A stretch of DNA of 63,903 nt, filler included, from Acetivibrio sp. (GCF_035371925.1; 4 parts of 4 records of this genome joined end to end with filler, not necessarily neighbours in it), one strand, 5' to 3'. Positions 1-10,585 are shown, counted from the first letter of the whole stretch. Made by a program: numbers and translations. The notes: a model not told the origin generated them from the letters alone.

Positions 1-233
1 TCAACTTCACATCCCTTCAAACGTAGTATATGTCTTAGCAATTTGTTGTATGCAGCAAGCAATATATACAATCTATGGGATAATTTTCTTGAATTTTGGC
101 ACTTTATTATCAAATTGCAACCTGTCATATTATTACCCAAACATTCATACATATTTTTATAGTATATTATATGCAGATAAATATAGTAAGTTACAAAAGG
201 AACTAAAAGGTCTTAGCCTAAATTCATGCTGTT

Positions 234-986
234 TTAATCCGTAAGAAGCGGTATTATCGTACCTATGTCCACTACAGATTCATCCGCCAAAGATACTGCC
301 TCAACACCTTTTTTCAAAAGAAAATCCTCTATAATTTTATAGGATTTAAGCTTTCGCACATCGCCCGAAACAGCCCACTTTCCCTTGTCAATAAGGCCTG
401 TACATCCTCCTATGAATCCGTTTTCAAATCCAGGAAGCAATATTTTATCCTCTTCCACAACCAGCACGTCAACACCTTTTTTCTCAGCCGCTTTCGCAAT
501 TCCCCTGTCCATGGTTATTATGGAATTTTCGTCTACAACAGATATTGCGCATTTGGCATACCCCTGGTTGATATGTACCAGTTCTATGTCCATTTTGAAA
601 AAGTTTTCCTTAAGAACTTTATCGGTATATTTTGTGTTATGGAACACAAGATTTCCAACTCTGGCTGCATTATAGCGGACACTGCCGGGATACTTCGAAT
701 AAAGCTCCGTCTCCCCCTTTACAAGCAAAAATCCCCGGTCTAAAAGTGCACGAAGAACTTTTTCAGATGCTCCGGGAGCATACACAATCCTTCTTTCTCC
801 CAAATGATGAAATACTGCATCGGGATGAAAGGAAATGGCCGGGTAAAGTGCCAAATGGGGCTCTGTCTTAATCAGCTCAATACCCATCTTGCAAAATCCT
901 GCCTCCAAAGACGGGCTGATTCTTCCGTCCACCATGGCAAGCCGGACTCTTCTTTCGGGTATGTTGGGCACATTTATGAAATTCAT
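234..986 (-). CDS. Conserved hypothetical protein, GME/amidinotransferase-like fold (DUF6873-like)
   Basis: ORF 234-1031, likely start ATG 986 after GAGG. Motifs HPD, QGYAKC and GFIGG typical of this clostridial family. Confidence 0.6.
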   Translation of the reverse strand: MNFINVPNIPERRVRLAMVDGRISPSLEAGFCKMGIELIKTEPHLALYPAISFHPDAVFHHLGERRIVYAPGASEKVLRALLDRGFLLVKGETELYSKYPGSVRYNAARVGNLVFHNTKYTDKVLKENFFKMDIELVHINQGYAKCAISVVDENSIITMDRGIAKAAEKKGVDVLVVEEDKILLPGFENGFIGGCTGLIDKGKWAVSGDVRKLKSYKIIEDFLLKKGVEAVSLADESVVDIGTIIPLLTD

Positions 987-1374
987 AACCTCACCTGTTT
1001 TATTATTCCTTAAAAATTCTTTTACATACACAACATAAAATTATAATAAAAAGATATCACAATTGATTTTTAATTTTCATAAATATAAAATAGCTTAAAT
1101 TATTATCGATCTTACATAAAATTATATACTATTTCAGACAAACATAGCGTAAAATATATTGTTAACAATTACTCGCTTTTTTGCCGGATTCTTCGCTACT
1201 AACTGCCGGTAAATAAAAAAACCGGCGGTTATTTAGATAGACCGCACCTTTTTAAAAAGGTGCGGATTTTATTTTAAGCATTAATAATTAATACTTTTAT
1301 GGGCACAATATTAACAAACCTGTTTTATTGATTGCAACCGACTTAGCAATACTCTTTCTAACGGGAGTGATATC

Positions 1375-1536
1375 ATGACAACTATCAACTGTTCGTCAAA
1401 TTGCGTTCACCAGCAGGATGGCAAGTGTACGCTTGATAGTGTCACCAAAAACTCAGATTCAGCCTCCCCTGATTGCGCTTTCTTTGAAGAGAAAGTGCCA
1501 AAACAAGCTGTTAAAAAAGTCACAGTATACACCTGA
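1375..1536 (+). CDS. Small 53-aa Cys-rich protein (DUF1540-like, putative metal-binding)
   Basis: Not in the ORF track. GGGAGTG RBS then ATG: MTTINCSSNCVHQQDGKCTLDSVTKNSDSASPDCAFFEEK..., with four Cys. Confidence 0.6.
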   Translation: MTTINCSSNCVHQQDGKCTLDSVTKNSDSASPDCAFFEEKVPKQAVKKVTVYT

Positions 1537-1665
1537 CCAAAAAGCAAAGGGGCCTTATGCCCCTTAAGCTTTTATTGACCATATCTTTAAATGTCAAGTA
1601 TTCTCAATATTTTCACGCTTGCACCTGCCCGAAAAATGATATATATTAAAATTCAGGTGATTAAA

Positions 1666-2847
1666 ATGTATACTGATGAAATTAAAAGAACATCATCCAC
1701 TTTAATTAATGAAATAATTTCTATAAGAAGGGATATTCACCGAAATCCCGAGCTGGGATTTCACGAGTGCAGAACCTCTGCCATTGTATCGGACTTTTTA
1801 AAAAATCTTGGTTTCAAAGTTTATACAAACATCGCCAAAACCGGAGTTGTCGGTGTCCTGGAAGGCAAAAATCCCGGCAAGACAATTGCAATAAGGGCCG
1901 ACATGGATGCACTGCCCATAGCCGAGGAAAATGATTTTGAGTACGCATCCCAAATCAAAAACGTCATGCATGCCTGCGGCCATGATGCCCATACAGCCAT
2001 AGCATTGGGAGCGGCAAAGATACTTTCAGGCTTTAGGGACAAAATATCCGGCAATGTCAAATTTATTTTCCAGCCCGCAGAAGAAGGGCTTGGTGGAGCT
2101 GCTTTAATGATTGATGAAGGTGTACTCGAAAATCCTTCCGCCGATGCTATAATTGCTCTTCATGTTTCTCCGCTTTTAAAATCAGGAGAGATTTCAATCG
2201 GTACAGGACCGGTAATGGCTTCACCTGCCGAATTTGACATAGCTATCTACGGCAAGGGCGGTCATGCAGCCCAGCCTAATAAATCCGTAAACCCGATATC
2301 CATAGGTGTTAGTATTATAAACATGTTTTCCTCCATTATTCCAAAAACCATAAGTCCCTTTGAAAGTGCCGTCCTGTCCGTAACATCCTTTGAAGCAGGC
2401 AATACCTATAATGTCATTCCTTCACAGGCTGTTATCAAAGGTACCGTCAGGGCTTTCGACCGGGAAACCCACAATAAGATATACAATAAAATGCACTCTG
2501 TAGTTGCCTCATTAACATCCTTAGAGGGAGCAGATTTTTCTTTTGACTACAATCTTGGCTATCCTCCGGTCATAAATAATGGAGAAATTGCAAAGCTTAT
2601 TGCGAATGCTTCGAAAAAAATTATCGGAGAAGGCAATGTGAAGGAAAATCCTGAGCCTTCCATGCTTGCGGAAGATTTTTCCTATTATGCTTTAAAAGTT
2701 CCCGGAGCCATTTTCAATCTGGGCTGCGGCAATCCTTGCGATGAAAGCTTCGAAAACCTTCACTCCGCCAGATTCAAGCTGGATGAGAGCTGCATAAGCA
2801 TTGGAATGGAAATATTATCCCAGTGTGTACTGGACTTTCTGAGATAA
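1666..2847 (+). CDS. M20D family amidohydrolase
   Basis: Motifs RRDIHRNPELGF, RADMDALP, MHACGHD, FQPAEEG and AEDFSYY. Start at ATG 1666 after AGGTG. Confidence 0.9.
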   Translation: MYTDEIKRTSSTLINEIISIRRDIHRNPELGFHECRTSAIVSDFLKNLGFKVYTNIAKTGVVGVLEGKNPGKTIAIRADMDALPIAEENDFEYASQIKNVMHACGHDAHTAIALGAAKILSGFRDKISGNVKFIFQPAEEGLGGAALMIDEGVLENPSADAIIALHVSPLLKSGEISIGTGPVMASPAEFDIAIYGKGGHAAQPNKSVNPISIGVSIINMFSSIIPKTISPFESAVLSVTSFEAGNTYNVIPSQAVIKGTVRAFDRETHNKIYNKMHSVVASLTSLEGADFSFDYNLGYPPVINNGEIAKLIANASKKIIGEGNVKENPEPSMLAEDFSYYALKVPGAIFNLGCGNPCDESFENLHSARFKLDESCISIGMEILSQCVLDFLR

Positions 2848-2971
2848 TTTTTTCTTTTTTTTTACTTTTCTTCCAATTCATATTTTGCTATGAATTTTTA
2901 ATTTTTCGACGGTAATAATACAGATATAAAAAATTTAATAAAAAGTTTAATTCGAAAAAGGAGTTGTAATT

Positions 2972-3190
2972 ATGGATAGGACACCTTTGGATAGAGTGGC
3001 TCTGGTTGTAGTTATAATCGGAGCGCTAAACTGGCTTTTAGTAGGACTGTTTAACTACAACCTTGTGGCAGATTTGTTCGGTGTAAACTCACTTATTTCA
3101 AGAACCATATATACTATAGTAGGTATTGCCGGACTTTACAGCATAAGCTTGCTGTTTAGAGAATCGGCCCGCGTTGAGGACAAAGCCTAA
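2972..3190 (+). CDS. DUF378 small membrane protein
   Basis: Motif LVVVIIGALNWLLVGLFNYNLV, two TM segments, GGAG RBS. Confidence 0.85.
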   Translation: MDRTPLDRVALVVVIIGALNWLLVGLFNYNLVADLFGVNSLISRTIYTIVGIAGLYSISLLFRESARVEDKA

Positions 3191-3194
3191 ACCT

Positions 3195-3241
3195 AAAAAA
3201 ACCGGGTGCCTTAAACTTTTTTAAACAGGCACCCGGTTTTT
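3195..3241. terminator. Bidirectional intrinsic terminator
   Basis: AAAAAACCGGGTGCC...GGCACCCGGTTTTT between convergent genes. Confidence 0.8.
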
Positions 3242-3277
3242 CAATTATTCCCTCGTGATAGTTAAAAATCTACCTAC

Positions 3278-3448
3278 TTAGCTTATATTTTTAATTTCCA
3301 CTTCATCCGAAACAAGAACAACTTTAATACTCAGACACTTGTCTGCATCAACGGAAACATCATATGTTTTAACTCCAAACTTCTCAATACTCTTGTCGAT
3401 CTCATTCTTTATCTGATTCTCAAGAATATCGTAAACCATATTGCTCAA
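3278..3448 (-). CDS. Small 56-aa hypothetical protein
   Basis: Not in the ORF track. GGAGAGG RBS then TTG: MSNMVYDILENQIKNEIDKSIEKFGVKTYDVSVDADKCLSIKVVLVSDEVEIKNIS. Followed by the shared terminator. Confidence 0.55.
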   Translation of the reverse strand: MSNMVYDILENQIKNEIDKSIEKFGVKTYDVSVDADKCLSIKVVLVSDEVEIKNIS

Positions 3449-3605
3449 ACTTATCCTCTCCCTTCCTCAACGCATATAATAATATCAAAAAATTTTTATC
3501 TTGTTAATACTTATGGGAAATTAACTTTGAAACTTATATTCTTAAAAAGCCTTAAACCCTACAACCAAGCCTTTTTTTGCAAAATAATTTTTTATAATCA
3601 CAAAT

Positions 3606-3648
3606 AAAACACCTTCCTGTATTTCTCATTGATACAGGAAGGTGTTTT
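3606..3648 (-). terminator. Intrinsic terminator of yebC
   Basis: AAAACACCTTCCTGTAT...ATACAGGAAGGTGTTTT inverted repeat just past the stop codon. Confidence 0.75.
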
Positions 3649-3669
3649 GTCATTTACGCTTTGAAATCT

Positions 3670-4401
3670 CTACTCTTCTCCATCCCAATTATGATAAACA
3701 TTCTGGACATCATCCAAATCCTCAAGGTTTTCAATCAGCTTATTCATAAATTCAATATGCTTCGGATCGGTGAGTGCGGTCATGGTCTGGGGAACCATTT
3801 CAACTTCAGCTTCAACGAACTCATAACCTTCTTGTTCGAGGCCTTCCCTCACTTTTGAGAAATCTTCCGGTGCAGTAATTATTTCGAAATACTCATCCTC
3901 AGTGGTAAAGTCCTCCGCTCCAAGGTCCAAGGCTTTCATCATAAGATCGTCTTCATTGGTTTTGTCACTCTTTTCAATCAGTATTACACCTTTCTTGTCG
4001 AACATAAAGGACACACAGCCCGTTGTGCCGAGATTGCCCCCGAATTTGTCAAACAAATGCCTTACTTCACCTGCTGTCCTGTTTCTGTTATCCGTCATGG
4101 CTTCAACAATAACAGCCACGCCACCAGGGCCATAGCCTTCATATACAACCTCTTCATAATTGGTTGAATCAATTTCTCCCGCCGCCTTTTTTATACTCCT
4201 CATGATGGTGTCATTGGGCATATTGGCAGCTTTCGCCTTTGCAATAACATCTTTCAGCTTTGAATTTGACTCCGGATCCGGCCCGCCTTGTTTTACAACT
4301 ATGGCTATTTCCCTTCCGAGCTTTGTAAACATTTTCCCTTTCTGAGCATCTGTTTTTTGCTTCTTATGCTTTATATTGGCCCATTTCGAATGCCCCGACA
4401 T
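3670..4401 (-). CDS. yebC: YebC/PmpR family protein
   Basis: Signature N-terminus [14 protein letters not shown], plus YEGYGPGG and TDNRNRT. Confidence 0.95.
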   Translation of the reverse strand: MSGHSKWANIKHKKQKTDAQKGKMFTKLGREIAIVVKQGGPDPESNSKLKDVIAKAKAANMPNDTIMRSIKKAAGEIDSTNYEEVVYEGYGPGGVAVIVEAMTDNRNRTAGEVRHLFDKFGGNLGTTGCVSFMFDKKGVILIEKSDKTNEDDLMMKALDLGAEDFTTEDEYFEIITAPEDFSKVREGLEQEGYEFVEAEVEMVPQTMTALTDPKHIEFMNKLIENLEDLDDVQNVYHNWDGEE

Positions 4402-4664
4402 AAAATACCTCCTTAACGATATATAAAACTTATATAAAATGAATAGCTATATATGAGCATACAATTCCGTCCTTTATAAATTATAATATTAAAAGGTCAT
4501 TTTATAAAGATTTTCCGATTCAATTACAAGTTTTTTTGTCATGAATCCCAAAAATGTATTTACATATTTGATTTTATTGTATAAAATAGGTATGACATTT
4601 TATGTATATAACTCTATATTATTCTATGTATGTATACTTATATTATAAGGCAAGGGTTGATACT

Positions 4665-5828
4665 ATGAACAGTAAACCTTATTTTGGTATGTATACCAGA
4701 ATTATAATATATTTAATGTTTGCACATTTGATTATTGCAGGCATTAGTTTTATCTCATTCATGTACAGATTAACCAGCCAAACTCCTGCAGATAGTTGCG
4801 CCTTACTTGACTTGCTTTTGTATCAAACCATTTTCCTCCTGATGATGGAGGTACTGATTATTGCCGCCATTATGTCTGTTATGGTATACGCCAACAGGAA
4901 ATCCGGCAATCTTACTTCACAGCATACTGCAGATATTGAGAATTTAATAACGCAGCATCAACGTGAGCTTGAAGAAAAAAATGAAATAATTCAAAACCTT
5001 ACCTCACTTTATGAAAAAACTATAAGATCAAGCAGTCAAAAATCGGAGTTTTTCTATAATGTGTCCCACGAGTTGAAAACTCCCTTAAGCGTCATCCTTG
5101 GAGCCATACAGCTTATCAGCCAAAAATATCCCCTTGACGAAAAAGACCGGAGAAAATCAACCCGGCACTTGATTACAATAAAGCAAAACTGCTACAGGCT
5201 TTTAAGGTTGATAAACAATATTCTGGATATCAGCCGGATTGATTCGGGCTACATTAAAACAAACCTGGTAAACTGCAACATTGTATATCTTGTAGAAGAT
5301 ATAACCAGCTCCGTAATCCCCTATGTGGAGCAAAAAGGTTTGTCCCTGGAGTTCGACACCCTCGATGAGGAAATCATAACCGCAGTGGATGTTGACAAGA
5401 TTGAAAGAATAATTCTAAATCTTTTATCCAATGCTGTCAAATTTACCAATCCCGGAGGAAAAATCTTCGTAAAAGTAGCCAAAAAGTTCAACAACGTCAT
5501 CATTAAAGTCAAAGATACAGGCATCGGAATACCTAAAAATATGCAGGCTGCCATTTTTGAACGTTATCGGCAGGTGCAAAACGATCTAACCTCGGAAATT
5601 GACGGAAGCGGCATAGGTCTTTCCATTGTAAAGTCCTTCGTTTCCCTTCATAATGGGGTTATAAAGGTAAAAAGCAAAGAAAACAAAGGCAGCGAATTTA
5701 TAATATCACTTCCCATACACCTTTGCGAAGAAAATCAATGGCACGATTCAAATTGTCAAAATTCCCAAAGCAAAATAATTGAGGCTATTAATATCGAGTT
5801 TTCCGATATATATTCAATAGCCCCTTGA
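4665..5828 (+). CDS. Orphan membrane sensor histidine kinase
   Basis: Two N-terminal TM segments, H-box SHELKTPL, N box NLLSNAVKFT, G1 DTGIGIP, G2 GSGIGL. No adjacent response regulator. Confidence 0.9.
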   Translation: MNSKPYFGMYTRIIIYLMFAHLIIAGISFISFMYRLTSQTPADSCALLDLLLYQTIFLLMMEVLIIAAIMSVMVYANRKSGNLTSQHTADIENLITQHQRELEEKNEIIQNLTSLYEKTIRSSSQKSEFFYNVSHELKTPLSVILGAIQLISQKYPLDEKDRRKSTRHLITIKQNCYRLLRLINNILDISRIDSGYIKTNLVNCNIVYLVEDITSSVIPYVEQKGLSLEFDTLDEEIITAVDVDKIERIILNLLSNAVKFTNPGGKIFVKVAKKFNNVIIKVKDTGIGIPKNMQAAIFERYRQVQNDLTSEIDGSGIGLSIVKSFVSLHNGVIKVKSKENKGSEFIISLPIHLCEENQWHDSNCQNSQSKIIEAINIEFSDIYSIAP

Positions 5829-5892
5829 AATTCAAATCTTCCGCCCTATATAATTTAAACCACAGGAATTTAAAATCTTGTTATTTCTTTTA

Positions 5893-6267
5893 TTAGCTCA
5901 ATGCTACGAGGACACACGCTTGAACAGCATTTAGTCCCTTGCTCTCAATAAGCTCCATAATTTCTTTGCTGTGGGTCCCCGGCTGAAGCCAAACATTTTG
6001 CACCCCAAGCTTTGAAGCCTCCTCTATAACCTTCATCCCATGCTTGGGCGCAACCACCATGTCAATAACCTCCGGCACTTCCGGCAGAGATGACAAATCA
6101 CTGTAGCACTTGTCCCCATCAATAATTTCATAGTTGGGATTTACGGGATATACTTTATATCCCTTTGATTTAAGCTTTTTATAAATCTTGTTTCCAAATT
6201 TCTCGGGATTGTCGCTGGCGCCTACAACGGCCCATACTTTTTTCTCCAACATTTTTTCCTCAAGCAT
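5893..6267 (-). CDS. CoA-binding domain protein (YccU-like)
   Basis: Motifs AVVGASDNPEKFG, YPVNP and VWLQPG. Confidence 0.85.
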   Translation of the reverse strand: MLEEKMLEKKVWAVVGASDNPEKFGNKIYKKLKSKGYKVYPVNPNYEIIDGDKCYSDLSSLPEVPEVIDMVVAPKHGMKVIEEASKLGVQNVWLQPGTHSKEIMELIESKGLNAVQACVLVALS

Positions 6268-6284
6268 AGCCCATCCTCCTCAAT

Positions 6285-6938
6285 CTATACTATAATTTTC
6301 CCTTGGGAGTCCAGCGTGATGTAGCAGCTGTCCCCTTTTTGGACAATCGCTCTTGCATTTGTTGCTTCATTTATCATATCAATAAAGGCTTCAACATCAT
6401 CTTTCGGAACAAATACTATTATCTCCACATCCTGCTCATATATTACATCTTTTATGGTAAATCCTTCAGAAATAAGGATGTTCTGAACCTTCCCGAACAA
6501 AGTGTACTCCAGAACTATACTTACCTGTGTGCAAAGCTTTTTTGTCACAATTTGGGCTGCTTCTATACCCATTGAAGCACTTTTGCCGTATGCCCGTATA
6601 AGTCCCGCAGCGCCAAGCAAAGTACCTCCAAAATACCTTGTCACAACAACTACCAAGTCCCGAAGCCCCATTTTCTTTATGACTTCAAGCACGGGAAGTC
6701 CGGCAGTCCCCGAAGGTTCACCGTCATCGCTGAACTTCTGTATAATATTCTTTCCACCAATATAGTAGGCGTAAACATTATGTGTGGCATCCCAGTACTT
6801 TGATTTTAATTCTTCAACAAACTCCACCGCTTCCTCTTCGGTTGATACCGGCTTGACCGATGCTATAAATCTGGATTTCTTCTCTTCAATTTCATACACC
6901 GCATGGTTTAGCACTGTTTTATATTCCTTATCCAACAT
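6285..6938 (-). CDS. yigZ: YigZ/IMPACT family protein
   Basis: Motifs EKKSRFIA, ATHNVYAY, DDGEPSGTAG and VTRYFGGTLLG. Confidence 0.92.
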   Translation of the reverse strand: MLDKEYKTVLNHAVYEIEEKKSRFIASVKPVSTEEEAVEFVEELKSKYWDATHNVYAYYIGGKNIIQKFSDDGEPSGTAGLPVLEVIKKMGLRDLVVVVTRYFGGTLLGAAGLIRAYGKSASMGIEAAQIVTKKLCTQVSIVLEYTLFGKVQNILISEGFTIKDVIYEQDVEIIVFVPKDDVEAFIDMINEATNARAIVQKGDSCYITLDSQGKIIV

Positions 6939-7115
6939 TAACCACCTTTTTGCTTTGATTATTTTACTTTCAAATTTTTTTGTTGCCTATATTTTAACAT
7001 TATATTGCCTCTTACTCTATAGTTTTTCGATAGTAGTAGAAAAATGCACATAAAATGAGGTATAATATTATCAAGATGATAGCAATGACGACATGCTGTT
7101 GGGGAGGAATATATT

Positions 7116-7682
7116 ATGAAAATTGTTAAGGAAATTTTAAGCTGGACTGGCCATATTCTTCTAGCCATTGTTTTTGGCCTTTCGATTACAATTTTTGTTC
7201 TGCAGCCAACCATGGTCCAGGGAATTTCCATGGAGTCCACTTTGCATAACAATGACAGGGTATTGGTAAACAAGCTGATTCACACATTGGGATTTGAGCC
7301 TGATTACGGCGACATTGTAATCATAGACAAACGGATAGACAGACCTCGCTCCGTTGCCGATGATATATTGGACAGTCTCAGGTACAATGCCATTTCCTAT
7401 CATTTAAATAAAAATGTGGATGAGATTTTTTGGATTAAGAGGGTTATCGGCAAAGCCGGTGACAGACTTGAATTTAAAGACGGCAAGGTTTACAGAAACG
7501 GGACCCTTCTGGATGAGCCCTATATAAAGGAGCCCATGCTTTATACTTCCGATGACGTAATAATCGTGCCGGAAGGACATGTCTTCGTAATGGGGGACAA
7601 CAGAAACAACAGTTATGACAGCAGAATGGTCGGACCTATTCCCGTCGACCACGTAATAGGTAAATATATTTTCAAATTTTAA
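7116..7682 (+). CDS. lepB: Signal peptidase I
   Basis: N-terminal TM, catalytic Ser box (GISMESTL), Lys box (IKRVIG) and GDNRNNSYDSR. Confidence 0.92.
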   Translation: MKIVKEILSWTGHILLAIVFGLSITIFVLQPTMVQGISMESTLHNNDRVLVNKLIHTLGFEPDYGDIVIIDKRIDRPRSVADDILDSLRYNAISYHLNKNVDEIFWIKRVIGKAGDRLEFKDGKVYRNGTLLDEPYIKEPMLYTSDDVIIVPEGHVFVMGDNRNNSYDSRMVGPIPVDHVIGKYIFKF

Positions 7683-7765
7683 CTTTTTGTGAAGGGGCAT
7701 TCACCCCTTCACTTTTTATGTTGTTATATTTTCGCTTCCCATATTTATGTTTTCAATTTATGCTC

Positions 7766-8224
7766 TTAATTTAAAGCGTACTGTATATTCTGTTCTTTAT
7801 CCTCTTCCTTGTTCTTTTCAAATTCGCGGTATTTTTTATATGACAGGCTGACTAGAGACTTGTCATGGCCCGAATTAATAAGATTCATGGCTTCGTCAAC
7901 TCTAACAAAGTCCATGAATCTGGAGCTACCCTTTTTTATTTTATTTTCTTCGTTAAGGGATTTCATAATATACCATGTAGTTTTGTTGCAAAAGGGTTTT
8001 TTATGCGTTGTAGATGAGAATTCGTAATTTGTTTGTCCTGCTGTGAATACAATTTCGGTGGCTATACCGGATTCTTCTCTGATTTTTCTGACTGCTGCTT
8101 CACTCGAAAGTTCTCCATCGTGCATTATTCCTCTCGGGAGCACCCATTCGTCCTTCTCATTTTTAAGAAGAAGGACTTTGTCTCCCGAGAACACCACTCC
8201 GCCTGCAAAGTTCCTCATCAGCAT
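7766..8224 (-). CDS. NUDIX family hydrolase
   Basis: AGGVVF, WVLP and a Nudix-like box G-x5-E-x7-RKIREESGI. Confidence 0.8.
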   Translation of the reverse strand: MLMRNFAGGVVFSGDKVLLLKNEKDEWVLPRGIMHDGELSSEAAVRKIREESGIATEIVFTAGQTNYEFSSTTHKKPFCNKTTWYIMKSLNEENKIKKGSSRFMDFVRVDEAMNLINSGHDKSLVSLSYKKYREFEKNKEEDKEQNIQYALN

Positions 8225-8382
8225 GATAAAAACCCCTTTCATGATTTAATTTATATATAAATCTTATATATTTAGAAAAATTTTCATAGTATATATATAT
8301 ATATTATAATGCTTCAATGGTAGTCTTTATTCTAGCTGTGAGGAAATTATAAAGTTTATTTCCCGGCCCAAGCCCGGTATTT

Positions 8383-10184
8383 TCAGCGCATATATGTCTT
8401 AATAGGCTCTAATTTCCGCTTTTTAATCAAAGCTTTCACCTCTGTCCCCGATTCACCGTGAATTTGCTCAAGTACCTTTCCGTTTTGATAGATATAGGAT
8501 ATGACCCATCCGTCGCTATAGGGTATAAAAAGCCTTACCTCTTTTTCGTCCTCGGGCAGCATCTCTCCAATTCCCTGGAGCATATCATCAATTCCTTCTC
8601 CTGTAGTAGCAGATATTTCAAATATCCTTCCCTTTGGATTTAATATTGCAAGTCTCGGCATACCCTTTACCATATCTATCTTGTTTAGCGCCATGATAAC
8701 AGGTTTGTTTGCCGTCCCCAGGCTCTCAAGAATGCTGTTTACGACTTTTACCTGCTCCTCCGCCTCTTCATTGGAAGCATCCACCACATGAATCAGCATA
8801 TCCGCATACACTGCTTCCTCAAGGGTTGATTTAAACGCCTCCACCAAATCATGGGGAAGCTTTCTTATAAACCCTACGGTGTCAATGAGAAGCACTTCTC
8901 TTCCGTCCGGAAGAGAAAAACTTCTTGTCGTGGGGTCAAGGGTCGCAAAGAGCTTGTTTTCTGCCAAGACATCGCTTTCACACAATCTGTTCATAAGGGT
9001 GGATTTGCCTGCATTTGTATAGCCCACCAGCGCAATAGTGGGTATGGCATTTCTTTTCCGGCTTTCCCGAAGAGAATTCCTTCTCCTTTCCACATCCTTG
9101 AGCTGTGCCTCAAGAAAGCTTATTCTCTTCTTTATATGCCTTCTGTCAACCTCCAGCTTCTTCTCTCCGGTCCTCTTGTTCCTATACCTCCTCCCAGCCT
9201 TGAAAGCTGAGTTCCAAGACCTATAAGCCTTGACACCCTGTATTTTAGCTGCGCCAGCTCCACCTGAAGCTTTCCTTCCCGGGAACGGGCTCTTTTGGCA
9301 AATATGTCGAGAATTAAAGTGGTCCTGTCTATGACCTTTATTCCCGTCACTTCTTCAATGTTCCTTACCTGGGCACCCGACAGTTCATCGTCGAAAATTA
9401 TCAGGTTGGCATCAAGAGCCTGGCACATAAGGGAGAGCTCTTCCACTTTTCCCCTTCCGATAAAAAAAGCAGGGTCCTTGGCAGGCCTTCTCTGAATTAT
9501 TTTCTCCAAAACAACCGCTCCGGCAGTACGGGCCAGTTCTTCCAGCTCGTCCAATGACCGCTCTCCTTCGCTTCTGCCTCCCACAAGGACCTTTGACGAT
9601 GCCTCAATCCCAACCAGTATTGCCCTTTCATCATCATTTTCATTTACGTACACCGCCGTACTTTTAATCTTATCCGCCTCAAATACCACATCCCACAGAT
9701 GATTTATCCTTCTGTCATCCTCGCCAAAGGGTCCGTATACAGCGGATTTGCCCAAATTCCCATTTTCATCCCTCACCGGCAAAGCCGCATATATTTCCGT
9801 TACCTGTCCGTTTTTCACCCCGATTGCCACCATGGCATCCAGTCTCATTTTCACCAAAGAGTTTATATCCACCAGGGAAACCATTCCTTCACCGTTGGGA
9901 TGGGTATGGATGCATCTTATCCCCAAAAGATGGGCTAAGTCCCTTCTTCCTTCCATTTCCGGAAGAGATACCGTGCTGCTGTCTCCCACACTCACATCAA
10001 TTATGTTTCCCTTTCTGTTTATATGCACCGCTATCTCACGGTTGATTTTTCCCGTAAGTTCTGCCATTTTGGCTGCAAGACCCGACGGCAGAAATTCATC
10101 CCTTGAGCCCTGTATCTCAAACAGCTCCTCTATTTCTTTCAAAACCGATTCTTTTAATGATTCTATATTGCCATTTATATTAAT
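8383..10184 (-). pseudogene. hflX: GTPase HflX (long N-terminal form), split by a single frameshift near 9167
   Basis: The N-part ORF 9132-10142 ends GGGIGTRGP. The C-part has G1 GYTNAGKST, LFATLDPT, DTVGF and NKID. One added G restores GPGEKKLEVDRRHI. Confidence 0.85.
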
Positions 10185-10345
10185 AACTGCCCACCCCAGT
10201 TCTTTTTTGTTTAGTGTTTGAAGTATTGTTTTTTAGATACCTCGGCTTAAAAAAATCTTTCTGCTTAAGAAAAATTTTCTTATCTCATTATATTCTCTTT
10301 TGGATTGTTTCCTCCTCCATATTATTTTGCCATATCCTCAAACTT

Positions 10346-10585
10346 TTATCTGTTTTCGGTTTCCACAAACCATTTTTCATCATCAAAAAACAGGTATATT
10401 TCTTTTCCCCTCACTCTGCATTTGTATCTTATTCCTCTTCCTCCCGCCTTTAAAGATGCCGCTTTTGTTATATCCAGAACCCTGTCCACCTGAAACTTTC
10501 GTCCGTCGTCCCATACTATTTCCAGAGGAATCTTGTTACCTTCTTTTGTAAACTTCACAATAGCATCCACAAATACCTTTCCCAC
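10346..10585 (-). CDS. 79-aa conserved hypothetical protein downstream of dinB (DUF6504-like beta fold)
   Basis: Motif PLEIVWDDGRKFQVDRV...RYKC...YLFFDDEKWF. Starts 22 bp after the dinB stop. Confidence 0.7.
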   Translation of the reverse strand: MGKVFVDAIVKFTKEGNKIPLEIVWDDGRKFQVDRVLDITKAASLKAGGRGIRYKCRVRGKEIYLFFDDEKWFVETENR

